Assembly: GCA_964658305.1 (NCBI GenBank)
Contig: OZ210885.1
Span: 6,882,001-6,946,000 of the forward strand
Length of the DNA stretch: 64,000 nucleotides
DNA from: Leptogorgia sarmentosa
Taxonomy: Eukaryota
Direction: 5' to 3'
Every line of letters starts with the position of its first letter. The stretch's first letter is position 1. The notes beneath the pieces were generated by a model that had not been told where the DNA came from, did not search any database, and saw only the letters and a list, made by a program, of their open reading frames with translations. The position numbers and the translations under genes are program-made. Below, piece by piece: positions 18,591 through 31,982 of the stretch.

Positions 18591-20872
18591 GTCAAATTCA
18601 ACGCCGCCATTGACAACCACGAAGCGAAAAAGTGACAATTTTCAAACCCTGATTTTGACCTTAAAATGATGCCTTTTTTACTTCATTTTAAGCTAAATAT
18701 CTTTTAAATAGATTGAAATTTAATATTTAATAATTTTTTTCGCGCATCGATGGAGTTTGAGAGGTTTTGATGCACGTCGAAAATGAAAATGATTTTTTTT
18801 GAAATAATTTCGGTACAATTAAGAGTGGTACCAGAAACGTTATCTACACAGACAGACGTGAATCACACTGAGCTATACAAAAACATGGTTTTTAGGCATC
18901 AAAACCCTATATTGCGGCTCAAAACAACGTATTTTTGACATTTTTTTTCAAAAACCAAGGTTTTGTTTAAAAATTAAAACCAAGGTTTTGTTTACAATAT
19001 ACTCTCCCCAGGCCCACTGAAAGTCCGAAGCCGAAAATAACACCATTCGAAAAACGTCGATTTATTCATGTTTTAAATGATATAAAGCAGCAATAAAACG
19101 TTTAAAATCAAGAAGGATACTTGGCGTTTATTGCAAAATAGGTTTGGGACTGTCTAAACGTTTCAAAATATATATTTTTGTCGGTTGAAGAGCAAAGTTT
19201 TTTTGACACACCAAAACATTTGCCATTTTTTTGAGATATAGAAATAAAAATGCTCACTTTTTGCGGCAGACGGACGTAAAACAGTTGGAACTTAACAGGA
19301 AACCTGGTATGAATCCAAAACATCGATGTTTTTCTGCTAAAAACCGTGTTATTTCTTGCCATTTATGCTCATAAACAAGCCGGGTGAAAAAATTCTCGCT
19401 CCTTAGAACTCTCCCCAGTCCTTTCCAGGTGATCTCGATACACGGAAAAGGACTGGGACTAGTGGTCAAATAGAAATCCATTTTCCGATTGGAACAACTG
19501 AATATCTCCCATAAAATACTTTATTTCGATTCCATATTTTTGTCAGAGCTATAGTTCTCATAACCAAACACAATTACAAAATTTCAGCTGGTTTCATCCC
19601 GAATAACTAAAGATATAATTGAGTGAATATAGCAAAATGGATTTCTATTCAGGCAACCCTTTCTGGGCGCCGATTGGCTAAAACACGAACACGAGATCAC
19701 CTGGTTTGAATGTTAATTTTCTTGCCCGCCGACATCAGCCAATCATAGGACAAATCATAGGAGTTATCGTTCCAGGTATTAATATAGTTCACCGCCTTAA
19801 CCACTCGGCCACGACTACGTTGCTACAACCAACAGGTTTCGCGTTGTAGAACAAACATTCACATCTACAACATCTACTCTGAGGTGACCGCGTGGGACGT
19901 AGGCCCAAGGTTGCTTGGGAATAATATGGATTCTTTTGGGTGTTTCTTTCTTGATAATATAGATAAAAGTATTACTCGAGTACTGAGTTACTCCCAAATC
20001 ACAGTGCAATTTTGTGTAATCACAGTGCAATTTTCAGTGTAATCACAGTGTGCAATTTCTTGTTATCACAGTGAAATTTTCTGTTATCACAGTGCTTTTT
20101 AATGTTATTACTTTCAACCAATCAAATTAGAGCTCAAGCTACAGTTTGCTTCAAAACAAAACAAACATGGCGGCCGCGCTATGCAAAGCAAAAATTATCT
20201 TCGGTTCGCAAATATAGCTTTTATCTTTTTCTTATAACGGAAAAAACGACAGTTGTCTCCAATACTTTTCTGCAAACTATTAACTTGTAATAGTGTGGTT
20301 TCTCGTGAATTCGGATAAAAATGCACTCGTGAGGTTTCCAACGACCTCCAGTTGCACTCGTCTTTGGGACTGTTTCTAATTTGAGATCTTTGCAAAACTC
20401 ACTGGTGCATATTAATTCCAAATCATCGCCAGAAATCGTCACCACGCGAATTAATTATACTCTCCCCAGCCTACTTCATTGCGCGAGATATATAACAAAA
20501 ATAATAGGAAAACATATACAAGGCAACATTTATTCTTAAAATACAGATTTTTAGTACAGTTTGAACGATTTGTGAACCTCAGACGTGAATAGGAAACTTA
20601 TAATCTAAGTTAGAATCCAAAATTTTGTTGGAAAATTTTAAAAAAGTTCTTTTTTTTATAACGTGAATTTTTATACCAGAAAGTGGCACAAACGCGAGAC
20701 AGCTAATATAAACCCTATTAATTTGATAAAATATGTCAACTTAATTTCCAAATTTAAACGAAATAATAGGGCTAGGGAATGGAGTCAGACGCGCTACCAA
20801 TTGCGCCACAAGATCGTAGCGCTGTTGAAATGGTTTGGAATTGCATAATTTTTCCTTCTCTCGCAAGTATTA

Positions 20873-20944
20873 TTCCCATGCCGAGAATCGAACTCGGGTC
20901 TTGGCGGTGAGAGCGCCACATCCTGAACACTGGACTACATGAGA
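20873..20944 (-). tRNA. tRNA-Glu(CTC), several substitutions
   Basis: TCTCATGTAGTCCAGTG..TGGCG-CTCTCAC-CGCCA...GTTCGATTC..CATGGGAA. Confidence 0.75.
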
Positions 20945-21040
20945 GAAACATTTGTCTTTTCTCGCAATGTGAAAATAACGATAACATTTTTAATTTGAAT
21001 TTGGAAGAAAATTTCGAGAGACAGCGTGCCCAGAAGTGCT

Positions 21041-21122
21041 TGACCTTGAAGTGAATTGAACACTTAACCTTCTGATCTTTCTGATCTGGAGTCAGACGCG
21101 CTACCAATTGCGCCACAAGGTC
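21041..21122 (-). pseudogene. tRNA-Trp(CCA) with a 9-nt internal duplication (AGATCAGAA)
   Basis: Otherwise identical to the intact copies at 38002 and 43859. A 5'-half fragment also lies at ~20781-20815. Confidence 0.8.
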
Positions 21123-21208
21123 GTAGCGCTGTTAAAATAGTTTGGTTTCAGAGAACGAGTTGGAGAATGTGAACACAAGCTGCTTCAAATTGAAATTTCC
21201 AGAAAAAA

Positions 21209-21280
21209 TCCCCTAGCCGGGAACCGAACCCGGACCATGGCGGTGAAAACGCCAGATCCTAACCACTAGACCACATGGGA
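21209..21280 (-). tRNA. tRNA-Glu(TTC), degenerate acceptor stem
   Basis: TCCCATGTGGTCTAGTGGTTAGGATCTGGCGTTTTCACCGCCA... Confidence 0.75.
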
Positions 21281-21364
21281 GTGATAACTTGTTGACTATT
21301 CCTGTGTTACAAAGCCAGTTATTTTCTCGTGTTGCAGTTGACATGCAACAAAATGAAAATAATC

Positions 21365-21435
21365 TGCGTTAGCGGGGAATCGAACTCCGGTCTCCCGCGT
21401 GGCAGGCGAGAATTCTACCACTGAACCACCAACGC
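21365..21435 (-). tRNA. tRNA-Gly(GCC)
   Basis: GCGTTGGTGGTTCAGTGGTAGAATTCTCGCCTGCCACGCGGG...CTAACGCA. Confidence 0.88.
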
Positions 21436-21993
21436 AAAGTTGCCCAATTTTTTCGTTATAATGTTCATATTCCACAAGATGCCGAACATTTGCACGAAAC
21501 ACCTTCAAATAATAAATCAGAGTAATTTCTAGGAAATTGTTACACTTTAAACATGATCAACAAAATCAATTTACGTGACGGAGGCACACATTATTTTATT
21601 GGAATTTTCCCAATTAATCGCAGTTAAAATCGAACGATTTTAAAACCATTGCGAATTTTCAATAGTCATCGGAAATATTGTGTTTATGTGTTTTTTATAT
21701 TATCTTGTTAGTGTTTGGTAGGGTTAAATTTGGGGATTGCTATACATTTCTTGTAGTGCACTGGTTACTACACGTGCTTCTAACACTGCAAGGACCCCAG
21801 TTTAAATCTGGCAAGATACCTAATAAATACCGAATACTGAGAATTAGCCGGTGCTTTCTGACCAATCAGGAACTAGAATAAATATTAAATGTATAATAAC
21901 GCAGATTATTTTCATTTTGTAGCATTTCAATTTCAACCGCAACACGAGAAAAAAACTGGCTTTGTAACACAGGAATAGTCTACAAGTTATCAC

Positions 21994-22065
21994 TCTCATG
22001 TGGTCCAGTGGTTAGGATCTGGCGTTTTCACCGCCATGGTCCGGGTTCGATTCCCCGCGTGGGAA
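21994..22065 (+). tRNA. tRNA-Glu(TTC), inverted duplicate
   Basis: TCTCATGTGGTCCAGTGGTTAGGATCTGGCGTTTTCACCGCCA...GTGGGAA. Confidence 0.8.
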
Positions 22066-22359
22066 TTTCTTCTGAAAATTTCAATTTGAACAGCTTGTGT
22101 TGACATTCTCAAACTCTGCTGTTTTACTAGACCAGTGTTCTAACCCCTGAACTAAAGAGGCAACTTCTTCCCTATTGAAACTCAGAACATAAATCCAATT
22201 ACAGAGTTAATTAAACTTAATTTCCCGGATTATCACGTGTTTTCATGAAATAAACTCACTTGAAAATTTAGTTTCAGGTCACACTTATACAAAATGGAGA
22301 GCCAACTGCATTCCTTGTAACCAATCATAAAAAGGAAGTGAATGAATACTTATTGATAC

Positions 22360-22432
22360 AGCCTCATCAGAGAATTGAACTCTGGACCACTGGTTTACGA
22401 AACCAGTGCTCTAACCCCTGAGCTAATGCGGC
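22360..22432 (-). tRNA. tRNA-Thr(CGT)
   Basis: GCCGCATTAGCTCAGGGGTTAGAGCACTGGT-TTCGTAA-ACCAG...GATGAGGCT. Confidence 0.8.
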
Positions 22433-22591
22433 GACATGCTAAAATAATCTGTATGTACCTAGCATGTTTTTTCCGACATAGTACTCTTTCAATACCTTTT
22501 TTATTTCATCAGATTTAACTCACTGAACAGCACATGGAATACAATCTGCGCGTTTGTCTTCTACGTCCTTCAGTGTTTTCAAAGAAAATAA

Positions 22592-22664
22592 AGCCTCATC
22601 AGAGATTTGAACTCTGGACCCCTGGTTTACAAGACCAGTGCTCTAACCCCTGAGCTAATGAGGC
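22592..22664 (-). tRNA. tRNA-Thr(TGT)
   Basis: GCCTCATTAGCTCAGGGGTTAGAGCACTGGT-CTTGTAA-ACCAG...GATGAGGCT with a perfect acceptor stem. Confidence 0.9.
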
Positions 22665-22907
22665 AACTCAAAAGCTTGCTGTAGAATTATATTACTTTAC
22701 CATCCTGCACTGCTGTGATGTTTCAAAAAGGTAAAAATGCGAGTGAAGATTATGCACCTGTTTTCATTCTTTGTAAAACGTTACCATTTATATTCTTTGA
22801 TTGATTTATAATAACGAATAGATTTCAAACTAGTAAGGGGTACTCTGAGTTCCACTTTATAATTATTTCGCATTCTCAAAACTAACTTTTTGATAACGAT
22901 ACTTTTG

Positions 22908-22975
22908 AGCCTCATCAGAGATTTGAACTCTGGATCCCTGGTTTACAAGACCAGTGCTCTAACCACTGAGCTAAT
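22908..22975 (-). pseudogene. tRNA-Thr(TGT) lacking the 5' acceptor strand
   Basis: Same body as 22592; the 5' GCCTC is replaced. Confidence 0.78.
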
Positions 22976-23466
22976 AACGAGAGGGAAATAAACGGCACCG
23001 ATGAAAGAGTTTACTACTTTACTTCAGAATAGTCAACAAATAATACTTGATAGTAATGCGCAGGATTTTCAAGTCTGGGAAATACAGATTTTCAAAAGCT
23101 TACTAACACTAAATTCAAGTGGAATTTCCTACCACATTTATTCTTTGCCACCTTCAACATGCCACATTCCATTCTAATTCTTTCCCTTGAGAATTTGCCT
23201 GACCCAAATACGTGAAAGGGGTACACATTATTTTATTAGAACTTTTTCTATAATTCCAGTTTAAAACAAACGATTTTAATACAAAGTCTTTCTTGGCATG
23301 TTTCATAACCTTAAAACAATAAAAAACGCCACTTCTTTCTCTTGATTTTGTAGATGGAATTTAAGCATTCAGCCATCACCACCGAGAACAGAATTTCCTC
23401 TCCTAGAGTTTTTCCCCAAAAAAATCGTGTTTGAATTCGAGACGGAAATATTGAAAATATGCATAA

Positions 23467-23548
23467 CGTTGTCGGCAGGATTTGAACCTGCGCGGGAAAC
23501 TCCCAACAGATTTCCAGTCTGTCGCCTTAACCGCTCGGCCACGACTAC
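23467..23548 (-). tRNA. tRNA-Ser with anticodon GGA (variant, possibly pseudogene)
   Basis: GTAGTCGTGGCCGAGCGGTTAAGGCGACAGA-CTGGAAA-TCTGT, long variable arm. Confidence 0.8.
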
Positions 23549-24026
23549 GTTGCTACAACCAAAAGGTCTCGCGTTGTTCAACTTAACGTTGACGTCACAG
23601 GCGCGGATCCAGACCGTGGCGAAAGTGGCTCGAGCATCGGTCAGATTTTTCTTTCTCAGGAATTCCCGACATTAACCGTTTTTTTGATAGTAGAAAAAAT
23701 ATTCTACGCGATTCTAATCATTCTATGTTAATTATTTGGCAGCAGCAAAAATAGGTCTATGGCAAGCAATTCAAACCAAATATTTCCCAGTTATTCTTAT
23801 GGATTCGTGCTCACAAAAAGGAAAAACGTCCAAAATATTTCCTTCTTCAATAGTATAATCATTAAAATGTATACGTTGAATTGTATGCATCATACGCTGG
23901 CAAGTTTATGAAAAGATCGGGTCCTTAGAAATCATTCAATGAGCAAACCCAGGCTAAAATTTATCAGTGGAAATATTGTTGTGGATACAAAGTAGAAAGA
24001 TTGCGCCGTACGGAGTGACATGCGAT

Positions 24027-24085
24027 CGTAGTCGGCAGGATTGTACCTGCGCGGGAATTTCCCAACAGATTTCAAGTCTGTCGCC
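24027..24085 (-). pseudogene. tRNA-Ser(TGA) 3' fragment
   Basis: GGCGACAGACTTGAAATCTGT...CCTGCCGACTACG without the 5' part. Confidence 0.7.
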
Positions 24086-24420
24086 GTTGTTGTGGGACTC
24101 GTTTTGTGAATTTCATTGCGCATGCGCGCGTACGTCAAAATTTGTTTTCTTAGTGTTTTTCAACATCCCAGACATTGTAAAAGTGTTAAAAAGCAAGAAT
24201 AGTCAAGGAATTTGAGATGTTTAAGTGAAAAAAACCCGAAAATAATTCGTCAAGGGTCCTACCATCCGCACAGAACGAGTCTGGTAGATCGCCAGTAGGG
24301 ACTTACTAAGGCAACCGGAACGCATCGGGGATGCCCGCTATCTCCTCTCCTAGAGCTTTTCCCCAAAAAAATCGTGTTTAAATTCGGGACGAAAACGCAT
24401 ATGCATACGAATATGCATAA

Positions 24421-24502
24421 CGTTGTCGGCAGGATTTGAACCTGCGCGGGAATTTCCCAACAGATTTCAAGCCTGTCGCCTTAACCTCTCGGCCACGACT
24501 AC
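24421..24502 (-). tRNA. tRNA-Ser(TGA)
   Basis: GTAGTCGTGGCCGAGAGGTTAAGGCGACAGG-CTTGAAA-TCTGT... Lies within a duplication of ~23395-23705. Confidence 0.82.
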
Positions 24503-24658
24503 GTTGCTACAACCAACAGGTCTCGCGTTGTTCAACTTAACGTTGACGTCACAGGCGCGGATCCAGACCGTGGCGAAAGTGGCTCGAGCATCGGTCAGAT
24601 TTTTCTTTCTCAGGAATTCCCGACATTAACCGTTTTTTTTATAGTAGAAAAAATATTG

Positions 24659-24906
24659 AGTTTCGAATCGTTCCGTACTGATTGGGGTCAACTTTTGTAA
24701 GCACAGCTGGTTTTATAAAATTATCAACAAAAAAGTCCTCCAAGACTTTCGACACAATCGTGCTAAGGGAAATGGGCCGAAAGTGGCGGTTAACATCGCG
24801 TACTGGGTCTTTTTTCGGAATTGGTACAACATCAGCGTGTTTCCAAGATTGTGGGAGACCTCCTTTGCGACACGACGTATTTACAATTTCTGCAATGGGA
24901 ATGGTG
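24659..24906 (-). mobile_element. Fragment of a CR1/L2/Jockey-type LINE reverse transcriptase
   Basis: My translation of the minus strand: PIAEIVNTS...PQSWKHADVVPIPKKDPVRDVNRHFRPISLSTIVSKVLEDF...DPNQYG. Confidence 0.8.
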
Positions 24907-25103
24907 CAAAAATATCAGCATTTAATTTCTTTAAGGCGACCTTCCCTGCTCGCTTTTTAAATGTTACATAATGCCTTCCCGCTATAAATACTTTTGTTTT
25001 CAAAGATTTTCAGCGAAAATTGCGTCGGCACCAAGAAATGTGTACGTCCAATTAGAAAATGTACAGTCAAAAGACTTTCGAAAAACAATCAACATGATTT
25101 GTT

Positions 25104-25427
25104 ATGTCAGCGTTTCTCATGTCAGCGCTTTCCATGTCAGCGTTTTCCATGTCAGCGTTTTCCATGTCAGCGTTTTCCATGTCAGCGTTTTTCTTGTTAG
25201 TGTTTTCCATGTCAGCGTTTTCCATGTCAGCGTTTTCCATGTCAGTGTTTTCCATGTCAGCGTTTTCCATGTCAGCGTTTTCCATGTCAGCGTTTTCCAT
25301 GTCAGCGTTTTCCATGTCAGTGTTTTCCATGTCAGTGTTTTCCATGTCAGCGTTTTCCATGACAGCGTTTTCCATGTCAGCGTTTTCCATGTCAGTGTTT
25401 TCCATGTCAGCGTTTTCCATGTCAGTG
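25104..25427. repeat. 15-bp minisatellite (ATGTCAGCGTTTTCC), ~21 copies
   Basis: Direct tandem repeat. Confidence 0.95.
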
Positions 25428-27467
25428 TCAGTGTGTCAGTGTCAGTGTTTTCGAGATAACCCTTAGGGACGGGTGGTAGGGGAGTGAATTGATTTGGCTT
25501 TATTTAATTGCAACTTGTGCTCTGGATTCGGACGATAGTATTGATATTTGCAACATGAAGTTAGAAATAAAAGAACTCTCAAAAAATCGTATTTGTTATG
25601 CAAATACTTCCTGTGTAATATTGAGTGTCAAGTTACATTTCGCGACGCAAGTTGGATCAGATTTCAATAGACAACAGGGCCAGAGGCGCTTGAAGAGGAA
25701 AGCCGATATTTCACCGTACGAACATATTGTATAAGCAAGCTATGAAAAACAAACTATGAAATATACATATAGGAGCAACGTATACATAGGGACATACATA
25801 ACTTAGCGATTCAGCCTCGTTTTCGAATTTACTGACTTTATGCTTCGCAAAAACATGTATTATTTATAGATCATCATGTTTGGTTGTACAGTTAAATTAC
25901 TGTAAAACAATTCATAATACATATTCAGACAACTATGAATTTCGCAAATTTTTATTTAACAAATAAACCCATGCATACAATGTTAAATACTACAGTGTTT
26001 GTCTATTTGTGCCAGTGTATTATGCATGCAATTTTAAAAGAAAAGTTCTTTCAAACTAGTTAATTGTTGCCCTTATAACAATTAAAGAAACAATTCTGAA
26101 CATGTCATGCAGAACTTAATTTATACCAATAGTCAAGTCAATTTTGTACGTCCACGCTGTATCTGTGATTATACTACTGAATGGCATCACATTTCAAGCA
26201 TGTAATCATGCATACGTTATAAACGTGGAGTAAAGCATAACTTGCTAATTTCCAATACGGAAACTTCGTATTTAGATTGATAAGAAGAAAAACGTGCGCA
26301 TGAGCAAAACGGACTTGACTACAGATTTAAATGTCTAGGAAACAAGTAACCAGATTTTTAATAAGCTAGCGTAGTAGCCATAGCTACAAATTATCTCTAA
26401 ATTATTACAATCATACAGGGTGTACGTACTGTATATACATCTACAACCTTTATAATGAAAATGTGCAAATAAGATAAGAAAGTTAAGAATTAAGAAAGTT
26501 AAGAATTTAAGTTATATGTTACCAGATTACATGATACCAAAGAAAAAACCAAATGGCATCATGCAACAAGCTGAATTAAGCGAGATCGATGTCCAATGTA
26601 TTGGAATTTTGGAGGCATATATCAAGACATAAACATGATGCCTCCTTTCACGTTCTGAAAAACAACTATAATAAAATATAAAGTAAGGATTAGAAAATGG
26701 AACACAAAGCAATCTTAAAGCAATCGTGAACTATAGACAGAGTTTAATTTTATTATATTCTGACTACAATGGGACAATAGGAGACGGAAACTTTATTGCT
26801 CACATTTACAACTTTGACTTTTTTATTGTTATAAAAAACATCCTGATTTAGGACCACGCTATACTCCATGCAGGTAAAAATATTTGGAATTCTTAGTTTG
26901 TAATGTTGCAAATATGGCAAATTTTAATTGTAATTAAAGCAATTAACTTTTAGTTAAATTGAACCCGGTAATTAGGTTTGTTTAGTGAAAAGTAGCTAAT
27001 TAATGTTAACTGCATTTATAAAAAATAGCAAAAGTGTTTTATATTTTTTCCTCATTATAGTTTAGCGAAAACAATTTGTTCTTTCTTTGGTTATATTGAG
27101 GCATTTCTACAATATTTCATGGACGAATTCCATTCTATCTGTCATCATAATGTGGCCGGATATAGCTACAACAGCAAAACTTTATCTACTTTTCTATAAA
27201 CAAATTACAGTAAATGATGCAATAAAGGGCTAGGGCTGTTATGTATCTTAGGAAGAGGTCTTTATAGATTGCTAAGACTTGTCGATTTTTAGACACGGAA
27301 ATTTTATGTTCCCTAAACATATAAAGTTCCCTAAATTATAAAATTGATTGAGGTGTGTTTTACAATCATGGAGATTACATGGGAGTAGGCTTTTTTTCAA
27401 ATCATTTTCGGTATTTTCTGCTTTATGTTAAAATTATTTACCTTATGGCATTGTTGAAGTATAGGTT

Positions 27468-28817
27468 TTAATTTAGATACAAGACTTCGACTTCTGATGG
27501 AGTGAAGAGATAGCTTCCCGCCAGGAGGGATTTTGTGTTGGCTTGGCCGTGAGTGTATCTTGGAACTTGGTAGGTGGAACCAAAATTCGTGTAGGATTTG
27601 GAGTTTGATTTCGCATCGTTGGCAATGCGCAAGTCGTGACCACCACCAAATGTGGGTCCATATCCAATGCAACGGTAAATTGCATTCCCGTGATTCTGGT
27701 GCTTCAGCGGAGCCTTGAATGGTGGAAGGTTAACTTTATTGCGCAGAGAAAACAAAAATGATCCTGGAGCAGATGTATAATAACAATCTGTCAAAACAAA
27801 CACAACAATCCTGGGTCAGATATGATTTATTGCTCTGTCTCTTAGTAATCGGGTATTTCATTCGTGAGAAAGATCATCAGTTTCAAAGCAATTCAGGAAA
27901 TTCTCGAGCGGGCGTTGTCAGCATGGGTGGGAGAAATAAAACTACTTTAACTCCTTAATGAAGATATAAATTTCTCTCCATAATGAGTAAATTTGGTGCA
28001 TAAATTGTTAAATTAACACCGGTCCAGTATAAAGAGCTAAATTAACATTGTGCCACGTAGGCTAAACATGCTACTTGAAAACCACCTACTAATAATACGC
28101 GTATTTAATTACTCGAATCCCATTTCAGATGGCAACTCCTTTATACGAGGACCGATTTTAATTAATCTCCCTGCTATCTCATTCAGGCATAAAATTGAAA
28201 TTGTGAAAAACAGCATCATGGTATATATACTGGCAATTTATTTTATACTACAGGGCACTGTACATTCATATATAACGCCGGGATTTAAGCAAAATGTCAA
28301 GCATGTATCAAAATGCATGATTACGCATTCAGATTTTCCACCTTTAAGCTTGAGACAAACCTTTAGCAGATTCTTATCGTGTTTTTGTCCAATTTCATCA
28401 ACAAATCTCTGTAGCACAATAATTGTAGTCATTGCCGGACCATGCAGGTAACAAATCCAATTAATAAAATACTCGTTCAGTAAGAGTCAGTTAAGATGGA
28501 GCGAAGAGAAGAACCTGATACATGATTAAAATAATAACTCATGTAACTTAATCATTCAAACTTACTGGGGCTGTGGCGGATACCCTGCTTCCATGATGCT
28601 GTAGCATAACCACCAAAAACGTACGTTTTATTGTTGTTGATAACTTGAACGATAGTTAAGGTTGGTGATTTTCCATCGCACCTTGAATGAAATATACTCG
28701 CAGCCCAACCATCTCGTGTTGCTCGCCAACAAATGCTCCAATCTCCAGTTTTTGGCAACCATTCTTGCAACTTATTTTCGAATTCGTCTGGTTCATTTTT
28801 CAATATCTCTGACACGT
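27468..28817 (-). CDS. TLDc-domain gene, last two exons (28817-28566 and 27787-27468); paralogue of the + strand genes
   Basis: [10 protein letters not shown]....[12 protein letters not shown]...FGGY, then SFLFSL...[10 protein letters not shown]...EVEVLY; AG/GT boundaries. Confidence 0.85.
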
Positions 28818-29290
28818 CTAGGTATACATGTTATATAATAGGTCAAATACGAGGACGAAGACTCTACCAGGACATGGAAGTCCAAAGCCTCATGGGAATA
28901 CCAGCCACATTTTTAGGGCCGGGAGGCAGAGATCCTTTTCCCCAGGGAAAGCGTGGAAATTTTGAAATTTAGAACCTCATATAGATGAGCGGAAACGGTT
29001 ATTTCATGCAGGATTTTAACATTACTTTTTTTGGTACCCTCATATTGATACAATATCGCACAATGCACAGTGGAGATAAACAAGGGAAAAGCAAGGAATT
29101 GAGACGAGTCAAGATGATCCAACATGTTGTCGAGCATTAGCCTCAATTTTCATTATTCTCAATTTTCATGTCTTCCATTTAAAAAAATAATTATGAAAAA
29201 GCAAAAAAAGTAAAAGTTTGACAATATAGCTATTTAGATACAAAAACTACCACAGTTTGTGATGCATAATTACCTGGAAAAAAATATATA

Positions 29291-29437
29291 TATGTTATTT
29301 ACCGGCAGGGAGGTCCGTACGGGAAAATATTTTGTCGAGGTCTCAAAAACGGCCCTAGGCCGAAGGCCGAGGGACGTTTTTGAGACCGAGACAAAACATT
29401 TTCCAGTACGGACCGACCTAAATGGTAAATAACTTAT
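29291..29437. repeat. Palindromic hairpin repeat (Crypton-like)
   Basis: GTTATTTACC..GGTCCGTAC..GGTCTCAAAAACG / CGTTTTTGAGACC..GTACGGACC..GGTAAATAAC. Confidence 0.7.
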
Positions 29438-30836
29438 TTATTTTTTTATGCTCGAAGCTATAATAAAACTCATAAGAAATTCCAGTGTTGCGAACTAGAT
29501 TTGAGATCAGTTGTGTTTGTTTACTTTGCTACTCTATCGCAAATATGGCTGCTAAACAGCCAAGACGAAGTGAGAAAAAACCCTTCAATAATGACGCATT
29601 TGCTTCAAAATAACGCTTTTCTACTAAACATTACTACGAAAAAGGTAAACTTATTAAAATTATTTATTTTCCCGTTCGTTTCACGATACAAACATGGTTA
29701 AAATACACTTTAGACACCGAAATATTTCGCAGAGAATGCTTTGTTTTGTTCATACTGATGAGACTTTGTTGATACCCCTAAAATATCCCTTATTAGCATA
29801 ATAAAATGAACTTTCATATGTTCTTTATCGCCTAAATTCGTTTTGAATGTTTTAAAAGCGGCCATTCAATTTTAAAAAACAAAAACATTGACTATATTTG
29901 TATCTACGAGAATGCGAGCGGTCCGTACCGTAGGATACGGACCGCTCGGCAACCAATCAGAAAGCTCTATTTAGGTTACGGACCTGGAGTTACGGACCGG
30001 AAGAAAATAAAAACCGTTATCTTCGTATTGTTTAAGTAATTGTTAAAAATTCTCTGGCGGCGGTCATGCATGGAAAGCTTAGATTAATAAATTATACATG
30101 ATGATTGACACAAATTGTCTCTTGTAATTAAACTGTTGGATATTTTCAATGCTGGATATTTAGGACAACTCACTTCTTATTTTGCCATTTTTGAATTTCG
30201 GAAGGCAGCTTCCATTGTATTCCTATATTATAAGGTAAGAAATCTCCTGTAAACGTTTTATGATAAAATTACTACGCACTGATCAAATATTGATGCGCAT
30301 AAATTGATAGAATAGAAAATGATCATATGAAAAAATGTTCAGGAAAATTGGGAACATTACAATCATTCCCAATGCAACTGCGCCCGTCAATGATTAGCTA
30401 AATCATTGTTTTAAATCCGGGTAAATGCGGACATAGCGAAGTTCAAAATGAAAGTCATTCTCATTTGTTATGAAGTGATTGAAGTCAGTGTAGTCTTTGT
30501 AATTGTATACATACGCGGGTACAAGTGAAGAATACATTAGGATCTATCAAAAGGTAAACTCAATACATCAAAAGTGAATGAAAATTTGGTTCTTTGTCGT
30601 AACTATCTTCTAATTTTTTCCGAGAATTTTCATTTGGAAATAATGCAATAAAATTATTTCACATTTTATGAATTTATTGATCATTTCTTCTAATTTCTTC
30701 TCGCCCTTTCGGCTACATAGCAAGCAGATATTTCCACCTAATGCCTTTTTACATTTCTAATATCCGAGAAGCTATGAAGATTTTTTCTAACATCCGTCAC
30801 CAATGCATCTTTACTCGATCTTGAAAAAATTATAGC

Positions 30837-30996
30837 CAGTGGCGTAGCCAGAACGATAATTGGAGGGGGGGGGGCATATTCATATATTCGTGTTCACATA
30901 CCATAAAAAGAATGGATTTGAAAAGAAATTAATAACGCAGAACATGAATATATGAATATGCCCCCCCCCCCAATTATCGTTCTGGCTACGCCACTG
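30837..30996. mobile_element. hAT-type MITE
   Basis: Long TIRs CAGTGGCGTAGCCAGAACGATAATTGG; perfect 8-bp TSD ATTATAGC. Confidence 0.9.
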
Positions 30997-31855
30997 ATTA
31001 TAGCCATGTGCAATAAACTGTACAGAAGTACAATAGAGAACTATTGTGAACCATTTTTACCTTTTGAGGATTGTTCAGATAAACATGGTTATAAGAAAAA
31101 TTGGCTTCCAAGAATTCCTGAGAGATATTGTAGACCATATTATGCAACATTTCACAATTTGATTCATTCTGTAAGTTCAATGTGTTTTTAAAATTGATTG
31201 ATCGACAGCATGGCTCTGTGACACATTCGAACAAACAGGCAAGCCAATCAGGAACCACTTTTCTCATGAAAACTGTCACATTAAGTCTGTAACCTACGAA
31301 ATTAAAACATCGTCATGTAATATTTCATAGGCGGTTAAAAGTATTTTACAGAGATGGATTCCCCAAAACGCGAGAGCAATATAATATGATATTGTTTACC
31401 AGAATTGTATCTTCTGGAGAACTTGTGAAGCGGCAGAGACAATGACAACACTAACTAGCCAACACTCAAACTACAACCAACATTTCTCACTGTTTTGAGT
31501 GCTTTACAAACTCGAGAGAACAAAATATCTTATGGTAAACAGTAGAGTGCGTTCTACATTATTGTTCAGTATTTTGAAACCTCAGTAAAACACGAAGCAC
31601 AAGTTAATGAAGTTATGTCCCAATCGACAATAGTCCTGACGTTTTATAATCAAGAATTATGATAATACAGTTTTCATCATTTCCACTGTCGCAATTATAA
31701 GTTTGTTCTTCGCCGGGGTTTCCGAACCCATGCACGTGACAAAATACTGCTATTTCATTGGTTTATGTGCTTATCAATTATTAATAAGTTTCAGAAGAAA
31801 CACAACTGAGCTGAATGAACAAACGTCTCGTGATTTTCACACCATGCATACTTAC

Positions 31856-31982
31856 CCTCAAGACTTGAATTGAAGCAAACATTTACAACTTTTTGTTCCT
31901 CAGCATTTTGGTCTTGTGCGACGATTTCTGCCCGTAATGTATGTGCGATGAAAAAGGTCAACAAATGAAACTTCACATGCAT
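31856..31982 (-). CDS. Candidate signal-peptide first exon, possibly of the minus-strand TLDc gene
   Basis: MHVKFHLLTFFIAHTLRAEIVAQ...SSLE followed by G|GTAAG donor (phase 1). Confidence 0.45.

Noticed and set aside
21041..21122. Intron-containing tRNA-Trp
   Set aside because: The extra 9 nt are an exact tandem duplication absent from two otherwise identical copies.
21296..21508. ORFs containing VGGSVVEFSPATRE, VVVAEWLRR or SPVVRIW
   Set aside because: They are translations across tRNA genes.
24971..25466. Repetitive ORFs (HVSVF, MENAD, MSAFS, CQRFP)
   Set aside because: These are translations of a 15-bp minisatellite that is open in several frames; there is no evidence of coding.
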